Source of the DNA: Acaryochloridaceae cyanobacterium VAR_48_metabat_390
GTDB taxonomy: Bacteria > Cyanobacteriota > Cyanobacteriia > Thermosynechococcales > Thermosynechococcaceae
Direction: 5' to 3'
NCBI GenBank assembly: GCA_031422435.1
Contig: JANPLU010000010.1
Span: forward strand, 1-17,763
DNA length: 17,763 nt
The position numbers and the translations under genes are program-made. The notes beneath the pieces are model-generated. The model was not told the origin of the DNA. It was given only the letters and a program-made list of their open reading frames with translations, and did no database searches. Positions 1 through 8,500 of the stretch are shown here, in pieces; position 1 is the stretch's first letter, and each line of letters begins with the position of its first letter.

Positions 1-1259
1 TCCAGCTTCTTGGGCAGAATTTCAACCGTGATGGCTGCCGCTTTTTCTGCTTCGGGCAAGTCAGCAAACTTGCGCTCAAATAAGAACATCTGTGCCAAAA
101 CTTGGTTTGCAAAAGACCCATCCATAATCCGTGAGGGGTGGCCTGTCGCATTCCCCAGGTTCACCAAACGTCCTTCCGATAGCAGAATGAGGAAGTCGTG
201 CGCATCATTGCTGCGATAAACTTGATGCACTTGGGGCTTCACTTCATCCCAACGCCATTCGCGACGCATAAACGCAGTGTCGATTTCATTATCAAAGTGA
301 CCAATGTTGCACACAACAGCCCCTGCTTTGAGAGCTTTGAGCATATTGGCATCACAAACATTTTTATTGCCTGTGGTTGTGACCAAGAGGTCTGTCTTCC
401 CCAATAAATCTTTGTCGATAGAGGCTGGAGTGCCATCATTAATGCCGTTGATGTAAGGCGACACCAATTCAAAACCGTCCATGCAGGCTTGCATCGCGCA
501 GATGGGGTCGATTTCTGTAACCTTAACAATCATTCCTTCTTGACGCAGAGACGCCGCAGAACCCTTGCCCACGTCGCCGTAGCCAATCACAACGGCTTTT
601 TTGCCAGCCATTAAGTGGTCTGTACCGCGTTTGATTGCGTCATTCAAGCTATGACGGCAACCATATTTGTTGTCGTTTTTGGCTTTGGTGACAGCGTCGT
701 TGACATTGATGGCGGGGATTTTTAGTTCGCCTTTTTCCAACATCTCCAGGAGGCGATGAACGCCTGTGGTGGTTTCTTCGGTTACGCCATGAATGGAAGC
801 GAGCATTTGGGGGTAGGTGTCGTGGATATGCCCAGTGAGGTCGCCGCCATCATCCAAGATCATGTTGGCATCCCACAGTTTGCCTTCGGGGGTGCGGCAG
901 GTTTGCTCAATGCACCACATATATTCTTCTTCGGTTTCACCTTTCCAGGCATAGACGGGTGTGCCTGAAGCGGCGATCGCAGCGGCTGCATGATCTTGGG
1001 TGGAAAAAATATTGCAAGAGGACCAGCGCACGTCTGCACCGAGTTCTTGGAGAGTTTCAATGAGTACCGCAGTCTGAATGGTCATATGGATGCAGCCAAT
1101 GATTTTGGCACCCAGCAATGGCTTCTCGGCACTATACTTTGCACGAATCTTCATTAGCGCCGGCATTTCGCTTTCGGCGATCGCAATTTCTTTGCGACCC
1201 CATTCTGCCAAACTAATATCAGCAACTTTGTAGTCTTTGGTTAAAACTTGTGTTGGCAT
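1..1259 (-). CDS. ahcY: S-adenosyl-L-homocysteine hydrolase (3' end runs off the window)
   Basis: Translated by hand; absent from the ORF track because it has no stop in the window. ATG at 1259-1257 with AAGGA upstream. Begins [35 protein letters not shown]. Motifs [72 protein letters not shown]. Confidence 0.97.
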   Translation of the reverse strand, partial: MPTQVLTKDYKVADISLAEWGRKEIAIAESEMPALMKIRAKYSAEKPLLGAKIIGCIHMTIQTAVLIETLQELGADVRWSSCNIFSTQDHAAAAIAASGTPVYAWKGETEEEYMWCIEQTCRTPEGKLWDANMILDDGGDLTGHIHDTYPQMLASIHGVTEETTTGVHRLLEMLEKGELKIPAINVNDAVTKAKNDNKYGCRHSLNDAIKRGTDHLMAGKKAVVIGYGDVGKGSAASLRQEGMIVKVTEIDPICAMQACMDGFELVSPYINGINDGTPASIDKDLLGKTDLLVTTTGNKNVCDANMLKALKAGAVVCNIGHFDNEIDTAFMRREWRWDEVKPQVHQVYRSNDAHDFLILLSEGRLVNLGNATGHPSRIMDGSFANQVLAQMFLFERKFADLPEAEKAAAITVEILPKKL

Positions 1260-1319
1260 AGGTTCCTTAAGTTAATTTGAGTATGGAGTTTAAGGTTAAT
1301 AAATACCCTTTATAACACC

Positions 1320-1379
1320 ATGGTTAAAGATAGGCAGTGTTTCAAAGGTTCCTATAAACACTGATGGGCAATTAACCAT
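1320..1379. promoter_or_regulatory. Nested inverted repeat in the ahcY/TPR divergent intergenic region
   Basis: ATGGTTAA (1320-1327) pairs with TTAACCAT (1372-1379) and encloses CAGTGTTT (1335-1342) / AAACACTG (1356-1363). Function not established. Confidence 0.5.
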
Positions 1380-1542
1380 TTACGTTTTATGCTAACAAAA
1401 TATGTAGAATTGATACGCAAATTAAGCAAAGCTTTTAATGCCAATCAATCTATGCTGCGGAACTCAACGTAGTCTAAGGGGTCAAAGTGCTAATTAGGGT
1501 TCTAAGAAACTCTGCTCTGTTCTAGATCAAGGGTGAGATAGC

Positions 1543-2151
1543 TTGAAAACAATACAGTCGTTGGCAATTTTAGTTTTCTTAGCAACAGGCGTAATGGTTG
1601 CGCAAAATGCTTCCGGACAGTCCCCAAATGCGCCGTCGTCTTCCGTTCCGGTAAAGTCTGCTGACCCAGCCCCACCCGTTCGCGCAACGGCTTCAGTGTA
1701 TGTCCGTCAAGGCGATCGCGCGTTTGCAGAGGGTAAATATGCTGAGTCTGTTGAGGCGTACACCAAAGCCCTTAAGCTTTATGACCTCAACGAATATGCC
1801 TACTACAATCGCGGTCTTGCCTACCGAAAGCTCAAAGACTACAAAAATGCGATCGCCGATTTCTCAAAAACGCTTCAGCTCAACCCCGAAAATACTTTTG
1901 CGTACCTATATCGCGGCATGACGCTTCAGTCCAATAGTCAGACGGATTTGGCTATCGCCGACTACACCGCACTCATTAAAATAGATGAAGCGCAGCCTCT
2001 GGCCTACTTAAGACGGGCAGAAGCCTACGTCAGCCTCAAGCAGAATGATAAAGCCAGAGAAGATTTCACCCAGGCCACTGCCCTATACAGAAAACAGGGA
2101 AATCAAGGACAGGCCGAAAGGGTGCAAAGTCAACTGCGAGCAATTAAATAA
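1543..2151 (+). CDS. Tetratricopeptide repeat protein with N-terminal signal peptide
   Basis: TTG start; MKTIQSLAILVFLATGVMVAQNASG is signal-like; Pro/Ser linker; about 4 TPR units (AYYNRGLAY...AIADFSKTLQLNP, AYLYRG, AYLRRA). Confidence 0.88.
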   Translation: MKTIQSLAILVFLATGVMVAQNASGQSPNAPSSSVPVKSADPAPPVRATASVYVRQGDRAFAEGKYAESVEAYTKALKLYDLNEYAYYNRGLAYRKLKDYKNAIADFSKTLQLNPENTFAYLYRGMTLQSNSQTDLAIADYTALIKIDEAQPLAYLRRAEAYVSLKQNDKAREDFTQATALYRKQGNQGQAERVQSQLRAIK

Positions 2152-2174
2152 AACTCAGACAGGATTGCTTAGGC

Positions 2175-2921
2175 TTAAAGCTGAGTCGGATCTACGCCAA
2201 GTTCACGTAACTTCTCAGCTAACTTGGCTGATTTTTGGGCTTCAGCATCTGCACGCTGTGCCTCAGCATCTGCACGCTGTGCCTCAGCATCTGCGCGTTG
2301 CATCTCTGCATCTGTACGCTGCATTTCAAGTGCCGCTGCTTCGGCAGGTGTAGGAACTATTTGACAATCAGTGGTAAAGTAACGCAGTTTTTCTTGGTCA
2401 ATACCTAAGTAAAGTCCTAGTTCTTCGCTCCATCGTAAACCCTGAGAATTTGGAGCAATGGGTTGATAAGTCTTCCCAATTAAACGGAACCCTTCAAATT
2501 CGAGCGTATCGGGAGAAAACCAAAAGTATTCTGGGGTGCGGAATCGATCTTGATATAAGTTTTTCTTAAGCGTTCGATCTATAGAAGCGGTGGAGTCAGA
2601 GAGCAGTTCAATAATGAGGTTAGGATAGCGCCCTTCTTCTTCCCACACCACCCAGGAAGGTCGAGGTGTGCGGGTGGTCGGCTGAACGAGAAATAGGTCT
2701 GGCCCTCGAAAATCTCGGTTGCGAAGCTGCTGTCGGCTAAAGTAAATGGTGAGATTGGCACCAATAAAAAAATCGTCTCGGTCGCGCCACAGCCACTCAA
2801 GACAGCTCACCAGCATCATGAGCTGAGTATAGTGCAGGGAACTTTCCATCTCAGGCTCATCGCTAAAGAGTAAGGATGCATCAGGCATCCGCGTTTCAAA
2901 TTGTTCTGCCGTGAGATACAT
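2175..2921 (-). CDS. Uma2 / DUF820 family putative restriction-endonuclease-like protein
   Basis: SDEPEMESSLH, FRGPDLFLV, WVVWEEEGRYPNLIIELLSDST, RTPEYFWFSP; coiled-coil tail ending LAEKLRELGVDP, typical of cyanobacterial Uma2 proteins. Confidence 0.9.
   Translation of the reverse strand: MYLTAEQFETRMPDASLLFSDEPEMESSLHYTQLMMLVSCLEWLWRDRDDFFIGANLTIYFSRQQLRNRDFRGPDLFLVQPTTRTPRPSWVVWEEEGRYPNLIIELLSDSTASIDRTLKKNLYQDRFRTPEYFWFSPDTLEFEGFRLIGKTYQPIAPNSQGLRWSEELGLYLGIDQEKLRYFTTDCQIVPTPAEAAALEMQRTDAEMQRADAEAQRADAEAQRADAEAQKSAKLAEKLRELGVDPTQL
2242..2325. repeat. 21-nt coding tandem repeat, 4 copies (2 identical, 2 degenerate)
   Basis: TCAGCATCTGCACGCTGTGCC at 2242 and 2263, with variants at 2284 and 2305. 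Encodes (M/A)QR(T/A)DAE heptads on the minus strand. Confidence 0.92.
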
Positions 2922-3044
2922 AGGAATAGATTCTCAAGGAGATGGGTCATTACGTCGGCTGTAATGGACTCATGTTAACATTTCTGACTATTACCTCATT
3001 AATCGGCCTCACAAAATAATGTCATTCGCCTTAGTTTTCAGCCC

Positions 3045-3503
3045 TTAAAGCGCAACGGAAGTCCCTAAATTCAACACAGTTTGGGTGGATACAGGCACCT
3101 CAGGAAAAATAGTAACAGCTTGAGCGGGGTTAGCAGAACGCGGTCGTGTGTACCACCAGTCTTGAGCTTGAGCAGAAAGCCGATCTGTGTAGAGTGTCAG
3201 CAGCGTTGCTTCAGATGTGTTGCCATAGCCCACTAGCTCCACACTGTAGGTGGGATAGCGCTTAGCCGCCATATCCGGCACAAAGCGATTGCCAATGCGT
3301 CGCCAGCTTGGTTCTTTACTGTGCCACTGGATGCGGCAGCAGGGCCACGGGAGCTGCTCTCGATCAAAAAGACGACAGCAAGGTCCAATAATGCGATAGC
3401 GGAACTGTCCCCCTGGACTATGCAAAATAGCGTCACTGGGTAAAGGATGATGGCTCAAACTAACCAAGGGTAAACCCGTCCTTCGAGCATAGGCAAAACC
3501 CAT
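3045..3503 (-). CDS. Hypothetical protein with two PCCR motifs
   Basis: 152-aa ORF starting 9 nt after the pfkB stop. Core GPCCRLFDREQLPWPCCRIQWHSKEPSWRRIG resembles, from recall, an uncharacterised cyanobacterial family. Confidence 0.75.
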   Translation of the reverse strand: MGFAYARRTGLPLVSLSHHPLPSDAILHSPGGQFRYRIIGPCCRLFDREQLPWPCCRIQWHSKEPSWRRIGNRFVPDMAAKRYPTYSVELVGYGNTSEATLLTLYTDRLSAQAQDWWYTRPRSANPAQAVTIFPEVPVSTQTVLNLGTSVAL

Positions 3504-3512
3504 GATAGCGCT

Positions 3513-4487
3513 CTACTGTTCTGATGTTGTAGCCAGAAATGTTTCGACTTGGGCTGCTGTGGGCTGGGCGGCGATCGCCCCTGCCCCTGTCGTTGTCAGT
3601 GCCCCAACCGCACTGGCATAGCGCACAATCTGCCTTACCGCTTCAGGATTTTTAAGGTCTGGCTGCTGGCAAAGCTGATGGAGTAAACCCGCCGTAAACG
3701 CATCCCCAGCTCCCGTTGTGTCTATCACCTTAACGGGAAAGGCAGGCACCTTTCCCGTAATTCCCTCTAGCCAGTAGCGACAGCCTCGCTCACCCGCCGT
3801 CACAAAAACACCCTGAACCTGGGGGTAACGCGCTACAACAGCTTGAGGATCTGAGGACTCAAAAAACAGCTTGGCTTCTTCGTCGGTCAGCTTAATGAAA
3901 TCGGTTTGGGCTAAAACCTCATGGATTAGTGAGGGTGCCTCCGCTGGGTTAAGCCAAAAGACAGGTCGCCAGTTTAGGTCTACCAATCGTTTTAGTCCAT
4001 GGGCTTTAGCAAATGCTAGCGCCCGATACATTGCCTCACGACTGTTGGGGTAGGCCAACGCTAGAGTCCCTAACACTAGAAACTGAGCGGATTGAAACAG
4101 GGCTTTAGGAAGTTGAGAGGCTTCAAGCTTGGCATCTGCAAAAGCGGTGGTGTCGGTGGTGCCGAAGCCTGCAAAGTGGCGATCGCCGTCCAAGGTTCTT
4201 GTCACAAAGACCGTGCGCGTAGGTGCACCAGGATGACGCTGAAGCCCCTCCAAATTAACGTCTAAAGCATCTAACATCTGCATTAGCGAATCCCCTGCGG
4301 CATCTTGTCCAACGCAGCCTAAGTACGCAGCAGAGGTACCCAAATGCGCTAACGCACAGGCCACGTTCGCAGGGGCACCACCCGGATATGCGGTCCAAGT
4401 CTTAACGGCTTCTAAAGGTTGCCCAGGCTGATCGGCAAGATAGTCAAAGAGAAGTTCACCCACACAGAGAACTTGAGGAATAGCCAT
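3513..4487 (-). CDS. PfkB family carbohydrate kinase (fructokinase-like)
   Basis: YPGGAPANVACALAHLG, DLNWRP, VTAGERG and the signature DTTGAGDAF. ATG at 4487 (MAIPQVLCVGE) preferred over the GTG at 4520. Confidence 0.93.
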   Translation of the reverse strand: MAIPQVLCVGELLFDYLADQPGQPLEAVKTWTAYPGGAPANVACALAHLGTSAAYLGCVGQDAAGDSLMQMLDALDVNLEGLQRHPGAPTRTVFVTRTLDGDRHFAGFGTTDTTAFADAKLEASQLPKALFQSAQFLVLGTLALAYPNSREAMYRALAFAKAHGLKRLVDLNWRPVFWLNPAEAPSLIHEVLAQTDFIKLTDEEAKLFFESSDPQAVVARYPQVQGVFVTAGERGCRYWLEGITGKVPAFPVKVIDTTGAGDAFTAGLLHQLCQQPDLKNPEAVRQIVRYASAVGALTTTGAGAIAAQPTAAQVETFLATTSEQ

Positions 4488-4548
4488 TGATATTAGGCCT
4501 TGGATACGTCGTGTAGACACTGCCTATGAACGCGAGGGAAACAGCATT

Positions 4549-4571
4549 AAATGTCTGCTTTGCAGACATTT
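4549..4571. promoter_or_regulatory. Perfect 10-bp inverted repeat in a divergent promoter region
   Basis: AAATGTCTGC-TTT-GCAGACATTT between the pfkB start and the 4687 gene start. Confidence 0.45.
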
Positions 4572-4686
4572 TAGGATTTAGAGGCAGTCATTTCTATCGA
4601 TAAAAAACCGCGTTTCCCTATTCTGTTTAGCCTAAACGCCAGCGAAAAGTTAATATAAAAAAGTTATATTCATATGAGAATTTTAC

Positions 4687-5355
4687 ATGCAGACCCCTAG
4701 CACCGTTCGGCTTAGTTATAAAACTCGAAAGTCTATTGGAAACCTTTTAGGAATTCTACTGGGGCTGATTTCGAGTACAGAATTTTTGATGGTCTTATCT
4801 TTGAACCAAGTACCCGCCCAAGCTCAGCCAAGTTCTTCCCTACAAAAGCCTTTACCATCCATTTCTTCACCATCCTACAAAACGCCGCTGGCAAACCCCG
4901 CGTCAGGCTTTATTCTGACGGATAATACCCCTATCAAATTAAAGTTCAAAGAAACCATCTCATCTAAAACCGCAGAAGAGAATCGACCGATCGAATTTGA
5001 CGTTGCAGAAGATATTGTGGTTCAGGGCGTTATCGTCATTGCGAAGGGCACAAGTGCTAAGGGCATGATTGCCGAGGTGAAGCGTGCCAAAATGTTAGGC
5101 CGCAAAGGCAAAATCAGCATCATTCTCAAAGAGGTGGCACTGGTTTCTGGAGAACGCGTTTCGCTCCGCGCAAGTCAGACTCAGGGCGGTGGATTGTCTG
5201 CCGGAACCATTGCACTTTCAGCGATCATTACGCCCATCTTCTTGCTAATGGGCGGCAAAGAAGCAAAATACACCGCAGGAACCGAATTTACTGCTTTTGT
5301 GGATGGCGACTATGCACTAGATCCATCTAAGTTTATTCAGCGCGGGTCTCGTTGA
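4687..5355 (+). CDS. Hypothetical exported/membrane protein, possible VirB10/TrbI-like beta domain
   Basis: N-terminal hydrophobic segment, Ser/Pro linker, beta-rich domain (TPIKLKFKETISS...VIAKGTSAKG...GTEFTAFV) interrupted by a Gly-rich hydrophobic hairpin. The fold is inferred. Confidence 0.7.
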   Translation: MQTPSTVRLSYKTRKSIGNLLGILLGLISSTEFLMVLSLNQVPAQAQPSSSLQKPLPSISSPSYKTPLANPASGFILTDNTPIKLKFKETISSKTAEENRPIEFDVAEDIVVQGVIVIAKGTSAKGMIAEVKRAKMLGRKGKISIILKEVALVSGERVSLRASQTQGGGLSAGTIALSAIITPIFLLMGGKEAKYTAGTEFTAFVDGDYALDPSKFIQRGSR

Positions 5356-5523
5356 GCCTGTCTGTAGACATCCTGATTGCAATCGTTCACCCCTTTAGGC
5401 AAAAGTAGCGCAACCGTAACAGAATCTAGACAGCAGGGTGTTTTAAGATCTTCTTAAGATTGAATAAAAGCAATCATAACGTTTACCCCACTCAACGTTT
5501 ACTCGGCGTAAAGATTCGCAATC

Positions 5524-8500
5524 ATGGTCAATGTTCAACCGCAGCGTACCCATAGCTCTAGTGCCCCAACCCTCAAAGCCTCTGAGATAGCTTCCCTTAA
5601 AAACCAGCGCCAATCCCTAGACGAATACTATCAGCAAGTCAAGCAAATTATTGTGGCGCGACAAAGCGCCATTACAGGGCTGTTGCCTGCAAGTACTGCC
5701 GTCAACGCTCATGGAGACTATACCGATGCTTGGGTTCGCGACAACGTTTACAGCATTCTGGCAGTTTGGGGGCTGGGGATAGCCTACCGAAAAGTAGACG
5801 ATGATCAAGGCCGTGCCTACGAACTAGAACACAGCGTTATCAAGCTTATGCGGGGACTGCTCACCGCCATGATGAAGCAGGCTCCTAAGGTCGAGTGCTT
5901 TAAGAAGACACAGGATCTTTTAGATGCGATGCACGCTAAATACGATACCCATACGGGTAATGCGGTGGTGGGTGACCATGAGTGGGGGCATCTGCAACTA
6001 GACGCAACTTCGCTATACCTACTGATGCTGGCTCAGATGACGGTGTCTGGGTTAGAAATTATTCAGACCCTAGATGAAGTCGATTTTGTCCAGAATCTGG
6101 TTTACTACATTGGTCGAACCTATCGCACGCCAGACTACGGCATCTGGGAGCGTGGCAACAAAATTAACCACGGCAACCCAGAACTCAACACGAGTTCTTT
6201 AGGCATGGCAAAGGCAGCCTTAGAAGCTGTTGATGGCCTGAATCTGTTTGGACTGCGGGGAGGTCCCTTGAGCGTGATTCATGTGTTGCCCGATGAAGTG
6301 GCGCGATCGCGCACCACCCTCAGCTCCCTATTACCACGAGAATCTAACTCAAAGGAAATCGACGCGGCTTTACTGAGCGTTATCGGCTTTCCGGCCTTTG
6401 CCGTAGAAGATCGGGGCATTGTAAAGCGCACCCGCCAGAAAATTCTCGATAAGTTAGCCGGAAACTATGGCTGTAAACGCTTTTTACGGGACGGACATCA
6501 GACTGTCCTCGAAGACACCAGCCGCCTGCACTACGAACCCGAAGAACTTCAGCAATTTGAGCATATTGAAAGCGAGTGGCCGCTCTTTTTTACCTACCTG
6601 ATCTTAGATGGGCTGTTTCGGGGAGACACTGCCCAAGTTGAAACCTTTCGCCAGAAAATTCAGCCTTTGTTTGTAGAGCGCAACGGCTGGTCTCTGTTAC
6701 CGGAGCTGTACTACGTCCCCGCCGAAAAAATTGCGGCTGAAAAAGCTGCCCCCTGTAGCCAAACGCGCTTACCCAACGAAAACATTCCGCTGATTTGGGC
6801 ACAAAGTCTCTATATTCTGGGCGAACTGATTGCCGAAGGCTTTATTGCTTTAGGCGATGTAGACCCGCTAGGGCGACATCTGCGGCTGGGTCATGCCCCT
6901 GCCCCTGTGGTGCAGATTGCGCTGCTAGCAGAAGATGAAACGCTTCAGCAAGAGTTACGTGCCTTTGGGGTAGAAACCCAAACCCTTCAGCAAATTGAGC
7001 CGATCCAGGTTTTAGATGCAGAGGCGTTAACGCGCGCCTACAGCCATTTAGGTCAAAACCGTCAGCTTGGATTGAGCGGACGACCTATTCGTCGGCTGCG
7101 GAGCCTGACCACCGCCTGCCTCTATCGGTTCCAGGGACAGACTAAGGCATTCTTGCCTGCCTTTCTCGACCAAACCCAGTTTTACCTCACCCTGGACTAT
7201 CACTTTTTAGTAGACCAACTCAAGACCGAACTAACCTATATTCGTCGTCATTGGTCGCATCTCGGGCGACCCACGGTAACGCTGCTGCTCACTAAAACAA
7301 TGCTGTTGGGGGGGCGTAGACCGCTTCTGCATTTATTTCAAGAGCTGAACAGCGGCGAATGTAATGGGGTAAAGGTGAAGCTGGGTCCCCTCCAGCAGCT
7401 TCTGCTGATGGCTGGGGTTGAGCGGATGGATGCGCTACGAGAGTTTGAGTTTGTTCCCTCTGACCGGATGGATCCTAGGCAAGTTTCAATCCACTTACCC
7501 TTAGACCCTGACAACTGTAAACCGCTCACGTACATCCTAGAGATGAGTTTAGAGCGGGAAACCAATATTCCTCTTTTGCTTAAGCGACTTAAGCCGTCTA
7601 CCAACCTTTACGAACAGGTGGAGCTGCTGCAAACGCTCAGTCACCTCAAGGGTTTAGCCTTTGATACAGGGCTGGGTCAACGCCATGAGTCCGTCACGGT
7701 TCAAGATTTACTGAACGAGGTCTACGACAAGGCAGGAGAACTGAGGCTCTGGAGCATTATCCGGCGAGTCGCAGGGCTATTGGACAAGGTGGATATTACC
7801 CTTTCAGATTCTCTGACCCATATTTTGGTGCGGCAGCGGCAGGTGGCGGTAGGCAAATCCTACAGTTCTGCGTCACTCATTTCGCAGCCTATGTCGCATT
7901 TTGAAATCATGGAAAAAATTGCGGTGTTCTGCCGAGAAGATATCCGCGATCGCGCCCTTACCCAAGAAATCATCATTTATCTCAATCTGCTGCTGAAGGC
8001 AGAACCCAAGCTGTTTGATGGGTTGCTCACGCTTCGGGTTGGCTACTTTATTTTGCTGATGATCAGCGAACTGGCAAGTGAGCATCATCTTACCCAAGAT
8101 GATGCCTATGAGCAGTTGATGAACCTTAGTCCCTTTGAAGTCAAAGAACGGCTCCGCAAGGCGTTGATTGACTATGAGATGCTAAATCAAGAGCTATTGA
8201 GTCAAGAGTCTTTGCACCTACGCAGCCCTCAACAGTCGATTGAGTGGATTGTAAAACCGGAAAGCAATGCGGTAGAAGAACAGCCAGGAAGTAGCTGGCA
8301 CCGCAAGCGCGAACTTCAGGGGATGCTGAACCGCCTGCCACCTCAGTTTTATCCGCGCGTGTGGCAATTGCTGAAGCACTGTAAGGGCATCATTATTGGG
8401 GATAAGTTAGAACGGCGTAATCGTCTCGACAGCAAGGCGATTTTGTCAGAAATGACCCCTGGTGAAACCAACTTTGCGCTTCGCATTGAGCATCTGCTCA

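Noticed and set aside
10..1060. Five short track ORFs (10-219, 198-407, 239-529, 756-968, 860-1060)
   Set aside because: Shadow frames of ahcY, which occupies 1-1259 on the minus strand.
1260..1542. Known SAH or SAM riboswitch upstream of ahcY; AAAGTGCTAATT near 1485-1495 resembles part of SAM-I
   Set aside because: No SAH consensus is visible. The SAM-I-like fragment is on the wrong strand for ahcY and lacks the other core elements.
2045..2353. Plus-strand ORF with QHLHAVP repeats, or a CRISPR-like array
   Set aside because: Antisense reading of the Uma2 21-nt repeat. The units are contiguous, with no spacers.
2972..2981. Palindrome ATGTTAACAT upstream of the Uma2 gene
   Set aside because: A single 10-bp palindrome is expected by chance in a window this size, and nothing else supports it.
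4512..5370. 8-bp direct repeat TGTAGACA flanking the 4687-5355 gene, as a target-site duplication
   Set aside because: An 8-mer match between two intergenic regions is plausible by chance. No transposase or terminal inverted repeats.
5416..5429. NtcA-like site GTA-N8-TAG
   Set aside because: Mismatch in the conserved TAC half-site.
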